Shown one piece after another: positions 13,354 to 26,000 of a DNA stretch of 64,000 bases (within the stretch, counting starts at the first letter, position 1; the number at the start of each line of letters is the position of its first letter). The position numbers and the translations under genes are program-made. The notes beneath the pieces are model-generated. The model was not told the origin of the DNA and made no database searches. It worked only from the letters and a program-made list of their open reading frames with translations. Location of the stretch: positions 1,922,001 to 1,986,000 of the forward strand of contig CAUYUJ010000001.1 in the NCBI GenBank assembly GCA_963575745.1, read 5' to 3'. The stretch comes from Prorocentrum cordatum. Lineage: Eukaryota.

Positions 13354-14967
13354 CACACGCATGCATTGAGCCTCCGATGAACACCCATTTGCGCGGCGTG
13401 CGCGCGTCGGCGAGGGGCGCCTCAATGCGGCGAACGTCGGGCCCCCGCCAGCGGCGCGAACAAAACCGCCGCCGGGCCGGTTTCGATGGGGCGGAACAGA
13501 TGCGCCTCGAAGGCGGGCCCCCCCGCGCGGTTCAGATTCGTCATCTACGAGCGAAAAGGGAGCACCGAAAAAGGAGAAGGCGGAGAAGGGCGCGCCCCTG
13601 GGGCCCGCGACGCTGCCCAGGAAGGGCCAGCCCTCCCAGGCTGGCGTCGCGCGGAGGGGGGCCCTCCGAGTCCAGCAGTTGCGGGGGCCAAGCCCGCTGC
13701 GACAGCAGAGCGGCAGCTGCCGGGGCCCGCCTGTCCGCCCCCTGGGCAGAGCCGCTCGAGAAGGGCGCCCAGGAGTCAGAAGTGCAAGCGCGGAGGTCCA
13801 GGGGTGCACTTCCTGAGCAGAGCGTCAGCGAACCTAGGTTTCCGTCTACGGCCGCGAAACGCGACGCGGAGAATTTCGAATTATCGGATTCCGCTGAGGA
13901 GCAACTAGGAAGGTGCTTCCTTGACCGTTGAGTCATGGGGGGAGGATGTCGCAATGGCCGTTGGGTCGTCAGGAGATCCGCCGCCTGGCGGACTGAGAGG
14001 GCCTGTCGACGTCGGCGGTGGAGCTGGTCGCGGCGATGCGCCTTCCGCGGGGGGCGCGCTTCCTTGCCCGCCAGATGACGCGAGTGGGTAGCCAGCTGGT
14101 ACTTCGCGAGGCCGGGGCCCCGGAAGCGATGGCGGTGGAGGGGGCGGCGACAAGGCCCCTTGGCGGGGGGCCGCCGCATGTGCACGGCGACGTGCCTGAT
14201 GTGGAACAATGCGGGATAGAGAGGCAGAGTTTCCTTTATCCGAGGGGGGGTCGGCCACTGCCATCTACTAGTGCGCGCGGGACAGGATACCTAGAGTTCG
14301 CAGCCGAGTTGCGCGAAGAAATGGCGTTCAGGAGTTGCCGGGAAAGCTGCAGGATATCAAACATTCGAAGGTTCCCCACATATGCGGGCCAGGACCGTCA
14401 TGATGGAAACCCTTTATTATCTGAGCGCCCAACCTAGGCCACGTTCTGCATGCGCGTGCACATAAGGAACAAAGTTGATATAATCACCTCCCGCCTGTGG
14501 AAGAGAGAACGTCGATGACGCGACAATGTGCGACTATGAGAGTAACATTCAAGGTTGCTTGCGACTGGACTGGCGCATTAAGGTCGCCGCCAGGCGACAG
14601 CCCGAAAGCGACCGGCAATAATTTGGCAGAGAACTCCTCTACGTCTGGCAGTTACTTCTCTTGCGGAGCAACGGCGGTGGATGCTGAAGGAGTGGAGAGG
14701 ATGATGGACTTCAGAACGTTCCCCAATGATCCCAATGCTACGGTGCAAACATCGATCACCAGCAGCTTGTGATGCTCATAAGTCAGACAGAGCTAAACTA
14801 CGACAGTTACGAGATGCGTGCGCACGCTGCCAAGGACGTCACCTCCAGTAGTCGAGATCTCCAGATTGCGACTGGTGAGGGGTAAGATTTTGATCGAACA
14901 GGCGATGCTTGGATTATACTTGAAAGTTAGCGGGCATGGACCCCAAACGGTGTGTTTCTAGAAGCTT

Positions 14968-15104
14968 ACGTGGTGCAAATTACGTGGAGCCATCTGCGTC
15001 GTACAACCCACGTGGTGCAATGTACGCGGTGCAGCCTATGTGGTGTCATCGATGTGTTGCAATCTGTGTGGTGCAGTAGATGTGGTGCAAACTATGTGGT
15101 GCAA
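14968..15104 (+). repeat. Degenerate ~14-bp minisatellite (ATGTGGTGCAATCT-like), left part
   Basis: Repeated TGTGGTGCAA; resumes at 20975-21580 and 23010-23312. Confidence 0.8.
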
Positions 15105-16546
15105 CTAATTTCTGTTCGCAGTGAGTTGTCCACCCCACTGCTCGCGCCAACATCCCACCCACCCACCCGCACATTGGTTTGCAAAATCTCTTAGGACCGT
15201 GACGGTGGGTACCACATGGCACTTAGCAACAACAGCGACGCCGACGACGACAGCGACAACGACGATGACGACGCCGCCGACAACGACGACGACGACACCG
15301 ACGGCGTGTCCGACGACTTCGACGACGCCGACAACGACGACGACGACGACGACACCGACGACGACGACGACACCGACGCCGACGACGACGACGATGACAA
15401 CGACGACGACGATGACGCCGACGTCGACGATAACGACGACGCCGACGACGACGACGTCAACGACGCCGACGACGACGACGACGCCGACGACGACGACGGC
15501 GCCGACGACGACGACACCGACGTCGACGACGACGAAGACGACAACGACGCCGACGACGACGAGGACGACGACGACGCCGCCAACGAAGACAACGAGGAAC
15601 GAGGGAGGACGACGACGGCGACAACGACGACAACGACGAGGATTTTTGGATTGCGCGGCTGATGAAGCATATGCCTGTCAGCTGAGGGCGGCGCTGCAGC
15701 TAGCAGAAACTTTGAAGAACAGACAGGCAGGCCGGCTGAACTAAAAAACGTGTATCTGCACGGGCACCAAGTCTACAAGTACAGTACAGTACGAGGGGAC
15801 CCCCGCGACAGAGCGGACGGAACGCGTCGAACCGAAGCAAGGAGTCCAGACCCTCCCAAACCACATCACACCTCTCCATACTACCCCCCATAATAGGCGA
15901 CTGGACGGCGAACGCTAAAGGCGGCGACAAATATTGACGTGCTGTGCCTCGTCCAGGGCACTCGGCTGAGGGGAAGGGGGGAGGGAGGAGGGAATACAAG
16001 TGAGAGGGAGAGAGAGGGCTGGGACACAGACCGAACTCCTCCTGCTCTCGTAGCACGGAGCTGAGCAAAGGCTGGGACACAGACCGAACTGCTTTGCTCT
16101 CGTGATGTCGTGACATATCGTACCTGAGCGGGGAAGGAAAACTTCGCACCCTCGCGTCACGGACGAACGACGACGGCGCAGGCAACCAAAAGCGATTACC
16201 TTCGCGCTAACCGAGGGAGGGAAGGGCGGCAACAACTGCTGAGGCCAGGCGTCGGCGCCTAGGCACGTCTGGGCCGTGGCGGCACGGCCCAAGTACCAGC
16301 CGGAGCATAATCCACCATCCCATCATCCCCCCGAAACCTCCCTTTCCTCAAACAATCCTCTCCTAATCAAGCGGCCGGCATCGGGTCGAACAGGGAATCG
16401 AACTACCGAGTCGTGGCTCTCGGCCACTCGGGAGAAGGAGGGGAGGGAATGATGACGAGAGGGAGGGAGAAGGCTGGGACGCAGACCGATCGCCTCCTAT
16501 TCTCGCGAGCGCAAGAAATAGGCCGCGTGGAGCACCACAACGGGAC

Positions 16547-18800
16547 TTACCACACGGAAATCTTGCCAAGATAAATGTCGTACCTGAGCGAAGGAATGAC
16601 AACTTCGCACCCTCGCGACACGGACGAATAGCGGTACACCATAGAGATGCACAGCAGCACGATTATCTGTACGCCATCTTCGGAGGCTGTGCCGGAAAGA
16701 AGAGGTCCTGGACGCACCCGCCTATGCAAATGCATCAGAAAGATGTCGTCGCTCACTCTGCTGCATGGTGGCGCATGGCGAGTGCTGGCAGACATAGCTA
16801 CCCAGACTCGTTGCACTCGAACCCATTTCCACTGCAAGCTCATCCCGAATTCCAGAACATACTTACGAAAGGGCGGCCGGCTGGATGGCAGCCCTATTAC
16901 ACGTTCAATGGCCTGCTCCTGGCCAAGGCGCTCAGCGTCGCAGCTCGGCGGCTCGGGCGCCTGCGGCGAAGCCGTTGGCGGTGCAGGAGCATGTGGTTGC
17001 AGTACGGCTGCTGGCAGCACTGGTGGCCCACTAGGGGCTGCAGTTCTTGCAGGCGCAATCCGTTGCCACAACGGCTCGCGGGCCGCTTGCCTCGGGGCGG
17101 CGAAGGCCGCTGGCTGCGGGAAGGTGGCCTGAACCTGCACGCCCAGCACCGGCGCGGGCTCGGCCTGGCTCTTAGCGAGGGCGGCCTTCGCGACGACCTC
17201 CAGGCGCTCCTGCTCGGGGCACGCTACGGCTGGGACGGCCTGCGTTCTGGGGGCAGATTCCCGAGGTGGATCCGGCCGTGGCGACGAGGAGGGGGGGGCA
17301 ACGGCGACATAGCCCGATGGGCTAGGTGGGGGGGGCCGCCTCGTGGGGGGATTCCCATCTTTTATTTCTTTTGATGGGTCTACTCCGGGGTGGAGCGCCC
17401 TGGGGGTCTGGGCACTCAAGCGCTTGGCAGCGGCGGCGCCCCGGTGCCTCCTCGGGGCGGGCGGCGGGCTGCCTGCCGCGGGGCCGCCGTCCGAGCAGGC
17501 GGCCGCGGCATCCGCCGCACTCGCAGCTGGAAGCGGGGTGGGGCCCGTAGGCTGCCTCGCCGCCTCCCCCGGGCCCCGACAGGGGACGCTGGGGGGGAGG
17601 GGCTTGCCCACCTCCGCCGTGCGGCCATCCCGCCCAGCGGCCACAGCGCCGGCCGCAGCATCACGGTCCAGCGCCACGCGCTGCCAATAACGTCGCAAGG
17701 CAGCCCCACGGTCTGGGGGGAAGAGGCGCATCGCCGCCGCCGTCAGCTTGCCCCTGGTCACGAGCAGCACCCCGGCATCGGAGACCACGGCGTAGCGGTC
17801 CATGGCATCCGGAAGGTCCACAGCAGTGTACGCCCGCGCGTCCAGCGGCATCGCGGGCAGGATGTCCAGCGCGGGGCTGCGGGCATCGTCCTCGACCGCC
17901 GAGGCCTCGGACTCGCCTTCGGCGAGACGCCTCCGGCGGCCCTCGCCCTCGTCCCCCTCCAGCGGCGGCGGCGTCGTGCGGGGCTCAGCCGGCACTGCAG
18001 CGGCCGGAGCGCCAGGTGGCGGGGGCGCTGCCAGCGGCGGTGCAACCGGTGGCGGCGCCAGCGGACCTCCACCAACGGGCGGGGCCACAGCAGCCTGGGA
18101 GACCTCAGCGTCGTCATCCGCTGGCGGCGGCGGCAGGCTGCGTTCCACAACGAACGGTGGGGCCTGTGCTGGCGGCGGCCCGACCAGTTGGGTTCCAGCT
18201 TCGCCACCCACATCTCGCTGAGAAGCGAAAGTGCCGGAGGCCACGTGCTGTAGCTCATGGTGTCGGGATCCAGCTTCACCACCCACATGTCGCGGAGCAG
18301 CGAGCGGGCCGGCTGCCACTGCTCGTCCTCCTCGCACGCAGCTCGGAGGCTGCCCCGACGGCAGCTTCGGCCACCACATGGGCGCGGCGGCGGCTGGGGG
18401 CGGCAGCGCGGCGGGCATCCAGCACCGCTCATGGGCGTCGCTGGCGGCAGCGGCACGCGCCAGCACAGGCTCGGGCTCGGCCGCCCGACGATCATCAGGA
18501 TCATCATGTCGATGGCCTGCACGTCCGCCAGCGGCTGGAACGAGACGAGCAGCCACGCGAGCGAGAACGGCCACGTCGCTCATGAGCGGCTGGCGGCCAA
18601 CGCGGGCCGCGAAGCCGAGCCTGCGCACAGCGGCGCGCAGGCCCGGTCTCGGCTGGTCGCCATGGCGCCAGCCGGAAGAGGCTCGTGGGGTGCGGCCAGC
18701 CCGCCGCTCGCCTGGGCAGGGCGCGGCGAGGCGGCCGGCGCGCATGGCAGCTGCCCTGCGGCGCGAGGTGCACTGCTCCTGTAGCAGTCCCAAACCCCTC
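16547..18800 (-). CDS. Long intronless Pro/Ala-rich ORF of unknown function (cargo); probable start MRAGRLAAP near 18746
   Basis: About 730 uninterrupted codons of non-microsatellite sequence with globular-looking patches (DILPAMPLDARAY..RRYWQRVALD; FRKYVLEFGMSLQWKW). GC richness weakens the inference. Confidence 0.4.
18187..18339 (-). pseudogene. Pentatricopeptide repeat (PPR) gene fragment, ~1.5 repeats, in an alternate frame of the cargo ORF
   Basis: ACEEDEQWQPARSLLRDMWVVKLDPDTMSYS-TWPPALSLLSEMWVAKLEPN matches the PPR pattern AC.K..QW..AL.LL.EM...L.PD..SY. Confidence 0.75.
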
Positions 18801-20974
18801 GGGCCGGGGCGGCGGCTCAACGACGAGGGAGGAGGGAGGACGGCGACGACGCGAAAGACGAAGAAGGAGGAAGGACGGCGACGCCGACGACGACAACGAC
18901 GAGGGAGGAGGGAAGACGACGACGACGACAACGACGACGACGACGACGACGGCGACGAAATAGGACGGACGACGACGAGACGCCGACGACGGACGACGAC
19001 GACGACAGGAGGAGGACGGACGACCACGGCGACAACGACGACGGAAACGACCACGACGCCAAAGAGGACGACGACGAACACGAGGAAAGACAGAGGACGA
19101 CGTAGGCGACGACGACGACGACAACGACGCGGGAGGAGGGAGGACGGCGACGACGACGACGACGACGCAAGAGCGCGCGCGCACGCTTTTGTTGAAAATC
19201 CGTGGTCCGAAACCTTAGGTTTTTGTATGTTTTTTGGACACACGATTTTGAATTCCTTCCGAAACCGATGGATTTTGAAGGTTTTCGGCATACGCCCGCG
19301 ACGACGCGCGCGTCTGCACTTCGTCCCGTTTGTTGCAGAGGATTCTCGCGACGGCACACGCGCAAGGGCGTGCTTGGTAGCATTTTGTGAAAATCTTGAA
19401 AAACTTATGGTTGTCTTGAGATTTCGCAAGAGCTCGCGCGGAAGCTTTTTTAGCAAACCAGTGTTGCGAAACCTTGTGTTTTTGTATGTTTCTTTGGAAA
19501 CTCGATTGCGAAATCTTTCCGGCACCGAAGGTTTTTGAAGGATTTCGGCATGCGCGCGCGACGACGCGCGCGTGTGCACTTCGTTTCTTTTTTTTTGCAA
19601 GGGATTCGTGAAAAAGTGCTATGTTAGAACAAAGAATGTCACGGCATAGTGTGTTTCACCAGGGAACCTCAGGGGGGGGAGCCCGGCCTGGTTGGGATGG
19701 TACGATTTCAAATTTAGGATGGACGAGTGGTTAGAATCATATATGATTTTCCGGGGGGACCCGATAAGTCCGGGGGGGGTAGAGTCTATTCTCCTTTTAG
19801 AAAGGAGAATCCACTTTGACCGTCTTGAAGCTGTCCTCTCCGCTGCTCGTGCAAACATCCCACCCTCCCACCCACAACTTGGTCGCAAGACCTCTCCAGA
19901 CAAGACCGTGACGGTAGGTACCGGATGGCAGTTGGCCACGACACCGACGCCGACGACGTCTCCAACGACTTCGACGACGACAGCGACCACGACGACGACG
20001 ACACCGACGACGACGACGACGCCGACGACGACGACGATGACAACGACGACGACGAAGCCGACGACGACGGCGCCGACGGCGACGACGACGAAGACAACGA
20101 CGACGACGACAACGACGTCGCCAACGAAGACGACGACGAGGGAGGAGGGAGGACGACGACGGCGACAACGACGACAATGACAACAACGACGAGGGAGGAG
20201 GGAGGACGGCGACGACGCGAACGACGAAGAAGGAGGAAGGACGGCGACGCCGACGACGACAACGATCCGGGAGGAAGGAAAACGCCGACGACGCATGAGC
20301 GCGCGCGCACGCTTTTGTTGACAATCCGTGTTGCGAAACCTAGGGTTTTGTAGGTTTTTTTGGACACGATTTCGAAACACTTCTGAAACCGATGGGGTTT
20401 GAAGAATTTCGGCATACGCGCGCGACGACGCGCGCGTCTGCACTTCGCCTTTTTTTTTGCAAAGGGTTCTCGCGACGGCACACGCGCAAGGGCGTTCGAC
20501 AGATTTCGACATGCGCGCGCGAAGCCTGTGTAATAGCATTTTGTGAGAATCTTGAAAAAAAGCAATGTTTTCTTAAGGTTTCGCAAGAGCTCGCGCGGAA
20601 GCTTGTTTAGCAAATCAGTGTTGCGAAACCCTGTGTTTTTGTATGTTTCTTTGGAAGCGCGATTGCGAAATTCTTCCGGCACCGAAGGTTTTGGAAGGAT
20701 TTCGGCATGCGCGCGCGACGACGCGCGCGTGTGCACTTCGTTTCTTGTTTTGCAAGGGATTCGTGACAAAGTGTTATGTTAGAACAAAGAATGTCACCGC
20801 TTAGTGTTTTTTATAAGGGAACCTCAGGGGGGCCGATACCGATTGGCCTGGGACATTGTGATTTCATAGTTCGGATGGACATGTGGTTCGAATCACACGT
20901 GATTTAAATACCCGAAAGGGGGGGCGAGAACGTGGGGGGGGGTAGAGTCTAGCCTCTTTGCATAAAGGAGAATA

Positions 20975-21580
20975 TATGTCGTGCGATCAACGTGGTGTAA
21001 TCCATGTGGTTTCAATATGCGTCCTGCAGTTATATAGTGTGCTATTTATGTTGTGCAATCGATGTGTTGAAATCTAGATGGAGCCGTCTACGTGGTGCAA
21101 TTTATGTGATGCAAGAAATGTGGCGCAATTTTTATTATGGGATCTAGTGAAACAGTGTGCATTTTGCAACCAATGTGGTGCAACCTATGTCGTGCAAGAC
21201 CCGTGGTGCAGTCGACGATGTGCAGTGTATGTATGTATGTACATATGTATGTAGGTATGTAGGTATGTAGGTATGTAGATATGTATGTTTGCATGTTTGC
21301 ATGTTTGTTTGTGTGTGGTTAAAGTTCTAGGTGTCCACCTGTATATCTTTATATACATATTTGTGGTGTGCAACTTATGCGGTACATTCTACGTGGGCCA
21401 ATATTTGTGGTGCCACCTATGTGGGGCATTCTACGTTGTGCAATTTGGGCGGTGCAGTATTTGTGCTGCAACCTGTATGGTGCAATCCAGGTTTTGCAAC
21501 GTACTTACGCTGTGCAATACATGTAGCGCAGTCTGTATTGTGCCATCCATGTGGCGCGATGTACGCGGTGCAGTCCATGG
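20975..21580 (+). repeat. Degenerate ~14-bp TGTGGTGCAA minisatellite with an embedded (GTAT)n tract
   Basis: Directly visible. Confidence 0.8.
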
Positions 21581-23892
21581 CGATGAGGCGGTGACGGGGC
21601 GGCGACGACGCGGCGACGGGGCGGCGACGGTGCCATATGATCGCCAGACCGAAGACAGGGCTTAGACGACGGGCGACCACGAGGCGGCGACGGGGCGGCG
21701 ACGGGGCGGCGACGGCGGCCACATAGCCGCCAGACCGCACGGCCCAGTTTCGTGGAACAGACGCAAGACCCCTTACGTGCAAGGACTGTTTGGGAAATAG
21801 GTTCCACCATCGCACTGTCGGAGGTGACGCGGAATGTTGGATCGCCCTTGAAATGCCAAACGTTACGGCTTCGAGTGTAAGAACAGCGATGAAGGAAACA
21901 ATGCGTTGCACTGGATGGCCCTAGGGTGGCCGACCAGATGCGTTATGCTCGACGGAGTGCTTCTGTACAAAAAGATCCCGAGACCTGATGGTTTGCATGT
22001 CAAGCTCTAAAAGCGGTGAAACGCTGCATACTGTTGCAGCCGCTGCTGATATAACCTTCGCGTTGCAGTCTCATGACAGGCCCAACGTCGCGCTCCCCCC
22101 GGGGTTCGATGCCAGTCGCTGGCGCTGGCGTTGCGGGAGCTGGGGGGTCAGCAATGCCATCCGCTGTCCGGGGGAAGGCGTCGCTGCGAACGACGCCGTC
22201 GCCCCCTTCTGGAGGGGACAGATCAGTGAAGATGGGTCGTCGCCCGCCCGTCAGAACGAGCCATACATCAAGGTGGAAATGCTGAGTGTCCCAGACCTTC
22301 CGGGTAGAATGAGGATAGGACGCAGCCGGCGTCTTGACGCAAACGGGTGCGCGCGCCTTTCTCTAGCGCGTGCGCATCATTATCCATTCTCACATCTACT
22401 GAAGGAAAGATCGCAGCTATGTCGGACGACGTTGTTTTGAGGGCCCATCCATCTATAAGATCCATGTGAATGGTTCCCATTGGTTAGGAGATCAGAGCAA
22501 AGGACATGCTACTTCGTCAGCGAATGTCGACTACCTGGCGAAAGGCAATCTGTCTTAGAGAGGGCGCGGGTTGGCTTAGCATTGCCATGTGTGTTGTGCG
22601 GGCGAGGTTGGTTTGCTATGGCGCTGCCGGCGCCTGCGAAAAAGCTCGCAACTATTCTCCTGCGTCCCCCAGGGCCCATTCACCAATTTCCTCCTGCGCC
22701 TGGATGCCGAAGTTTGGAATGGGTGCTTGGTGAAAACCGTCGCGCATTTGTGATCGCATGCAGGATTCTGCGCTGGCTTGAGCAAGCGGTCTGGGTCCCC
22801 CTCCTCCGCCTCGTCCCCATTCTCCTTTATGCTGGATGCCTTTAGAGGCCCTGCGCATTGCGTGTGCTTCGCAGTGCGGGGAGGTGACAAGCACTCTTTT
22901 GCTCGATCTTGTTCCGGATGCCAGCGGGGCGCGGAGCAAGTTGAAGCTAGGGCGATGTTAGGATTGGGGCACTGGCTATCTGTGCCTTACTTGCCCTGGG
23001 CCAGAGCTGTATGCAAAGGGGTGGCGTACATCCAATACGTTGGACAGTGTTAGACAGCGTGGACTCAAAACAGTTCGCCATTGCACGGTGGCGGTGATAA
23101 ATATGTTGTGCACGCGATGTGATGGAAACTATTTCGTGCAACCTATGTCGTGTGAGCTATGGATGTGGATACAATGCGGCGCAAGCTATGTGGTGCAAAA
23201 TGTGTCGTGTTGGCTACGCGGTGTGATCCCCGAAATGATTTCTATGACGTGCAAACTATGTGCTGTAAGCTCATCTGAGCACGCTAATGCGGTGTAGGCC
23301 ATGTGGTGCAAGCTAGGCTTAAGTCGGGCCTGTCCCTCTACAGGAGGACTATTCGAACATACTTTAAAAAATGGTCGCGGGACGATGTTTTGACAATGGT
23401 TATGAGCATGTTTGAGAATTGTTGGGGTACTTTGCATTTTTCGCCCCAAATCCGCGGGACACGCCCGACTTCAAGCCAGGCAGTGTAAGCTCAGGGCACG
23501 GGGCGCCCACGAGGCGCCCACCTCGGGAAGCCCGCCGAGCGCATCGGGGGGGGGCGCAGGCGAAGCGCCCACGAGGCGGCACGGGGGCCGCAGCGGGGCG
23601 GCAGCGTTGGGGGAGCCCCCCGAGCGCACGGGGCGCCCGCGAGGCGCTCACGAGGTGGGCTCGGCAGACCCCCAAGCGCGGGGCGCCCCTGGGAGGGCAC
23701 CCACCGAACACCCGGAACACCCAACCAACGACTGAAGATTAAAGAATGGGAGGTCAGAGCCCCTGAGTGCAAGCGCTGGGGAAAGCAGATAGACAACTTG
23801 GGAAGCCCACCAAGCGCACGGGGCGCCCGCGAGGCGCTCACGAGGCGGCGCGTGACTGCAACGTGGCGAAGACTTGGGAGACCCACGCATCC

Positions 23893-24066
23893 GAGGCGAG
23901 AATCTATACATGTCCACCGCCTGGAGGACCAATTTTCGGGGACCTCGCAGGCGGTGGACATGGATATATTCGGGCCCCCGGGGGCCAAAATATATCCATA
24001 TCCACCGCCCGCTGGGGCACCAGGGCGTCGGTTCCCAGGCGGTGGATATGGATAAATCCCCGCCTC
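23893..24066. mobile_element. Palindromic MITE family B, copy 1
   Basis: AT(A/G)TCCACCGCC / GGCGGTGGA(T/C)AT motifs in nested inverted arrangement with a central hairpin. Confidence 0.65.
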
Positions 24067-24326
24067 CCAATGCAGCTCCTTACGCCACCGAAGTGAGAAG
24101 CCCGAGCTCGATCGGTTTGGCTCGGGAAGAGGCTGTGGTTTCCGGGCCGCTCGGTAGGTTTAGGTTGGGGAGCCCTCATTCGTGAGCGAGGCTCGCGTTG
24201 GCCAGAAGAGCTCCTCCGTGCCCCATTCCTTCGCTCGCTCTGGTGGCATGATGGCTGCCACGCGTGAGCGCCTGCGTCCGCTCCGCGCGCGGGTCGCCCC
24301 GACGACCCCCCCTTCCCCGCTGCCAG

Positions 24327-24380
24327 GAGATGGAGTCGCACCGCGCGCAGATAACCGCACACCGGGAGCAGCAGATCGAG
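24327..24380 (+). CDS. Exon c of host gene: EMESHRAQITAHREQQIE
   Basis: ctgccag|G acceptor, 54 nt, ends GAG|ga. Bridges the UAS helix to the LRxxQD motif. Confidence 0.7.
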
Positions 24381-24631
24381 GACAGCCGCGCCTGGGAGAG
24401 GGTTCCAGCTGCCAGGCTCGGAGGCGTAGGTCTCCGACGCTACGCTTTTTCGTGTTGCATCTGGCCGTTCTTCCTGGTTCTCGACTTCCCGGGCCCTTCA
24501 CGGGCGCCTGGACCATCATCCATGAATCGGGGGCGAAAATTTGGCCACAGGGACGGGGTGGGGACCTCCGTGGCCGCACAAACGATTCAACCATATGCAG
24601 TTGAAAGTCCCGCGTTGTGGGTATCGCTTTC

Positions 24632-26000
24632 GGTGGAGCTCCCTTCGGGGCCACGAAATGTGTGAGGTGTGTACCGAAAGATGCGCGGTGGTGCAATGCG
24701 GGCGCTGCCCCTGGGCCGCAGATGAAACTCCGTATGGGGCCACGCAACGTTAGAGGGGTGTGCCGAAACGGGCGCGCTGGTGCCATGCGGGCGCTGGCAC
24801 TGGGGCCTTGGATGGAGCTCCCTATTGGGACACGAAACTTGTGAGGGGTGTGCCGAAGCTGGTGCGGTGATTCCATGCGGGCGTTGCCATTGGGGCAGTA
24901 GGTGGAGCTTTTTCTGGAGCCACGAAGCGTGTGGTGTGTGTGTGTGTGCCAAAACGGCTCTGGTGGTGCCATGCGTGCGCTGCCACTGGCGTCTTAGATG
25001 GAGCTTCGTATGGGGCCATGAAGCGTGTGAGGGGTGTGCAGAAACGGGCGCGGTGGTGCCATGCGGGCGCTGCCAGTGGAGCATTCGGTGGAGCTCATTC
25101 TGAGGCCACGAAGTGCGAGAAGGGTGCGCCGAACCGGGCGTGGTGGTGCCCTGCGGGCGCTGCCACCGGGGCCTCTATGTGGGGCTCCCGATGAGGCCAC
25201 GAAACGTGTGGTGTGTGTGTGTGTGGTGTGTGTGTGTGTGCGTGTCGAACGGGGTGCGGTGGTGCGATGCGGGCGCTGCCATTGGGGTCTTAGATTGAGC
25301 TCCTTCTGGGGCCACGAAGCGTGTGCTGGGTGTACCGAAACAGTTGATGTAATGCCATGCGGGCGCTGCCACTGGGGCCTTAGGTGGGGCTCCCTATGGG
25401 GGCACGAAACTTGTGAGGGGTGTGCCGAAGCTGGTGCGGTGATTCCATGCGGGCGTTGCCATTGGGGCCTTAGGTGGAGAAGCCTATAGGCCACGACATG
25501 TGTGAGGGGTGCGCCGACATGGACGCGGTGGTTGGGCGCTGCCATTGGGACCTTCTGTGGGGCTTCCCATTGGGCCACGAGGCGTGTGACGGGTGTGCCG
25601 AAACGGGTGCGGTGGTGCCATGCGGGCGTTGCCAGTGGGACCTTGTTGCGGGTCTTCTCGGTGAGCTACGAAGCGTGTGAGGGGTGTGCCGAGATGGATG
25701 GGTGGTGCCATGCGGGCGCTGCCACTGGAACTTTCGGTGGAGCCCCTTAAGAGGCCACAAATCGTGTGAGGGAAACGGGCGCGGTGGTGCCATGCGGGCG
25801 CTGCCAATGTGGCCTTAGTTGGAGCTCCCTATGGGGCCACGAAGCGTGTGAGGGGTGCACCGAAACTATTGACATTCGGAGGGCGGAGGCAGGGATGGGA
25901 GGAGGGAGGATGGAGAGGAGGAGAAGACAGGAGAGGAAAGGAGACGCGGGGTGCTGTCTCTTCAAAACAGGGGCCTAAGACCGCAGGACGGCTGAGAAAA
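24632..26000 (+). repeat. ~90-bp tandem array (~14 degenerate units) with a conserved tail (GCTGTCTCTTCAAAAC..)
   Basis: GGTGGAGCTCCCTATGGGGCCACGAAGCGTGTGAGGGGTGTGCCGAA.. recurs at 24632, 24721, 24811, 24901 and onward. Confidence 0.9.

Larger units (their letters stand above)
15105..20973 (-). mobile_element. Tandem dimer of a non-autonomous Helitron-like element (units 15105-19810 with cargo, and 19811-20973)
   Basis: Body 19170-19810 is repeated at 20297-20973 and head ~15125-15240 at ~19830-19950, with GAC arrays between. The minus-strand 3' end has a GCAGTG..CACTGC hairpin ~9 nt before TTAG|T. It interrupts the 14-bp minisatellite. Confidence 0.55.

Noticed and set aside
21720..23000. 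Coding-like insert in the 14-bp minisatellite, possibly a recombinase relic
   Set aside because: No motif could be supported.
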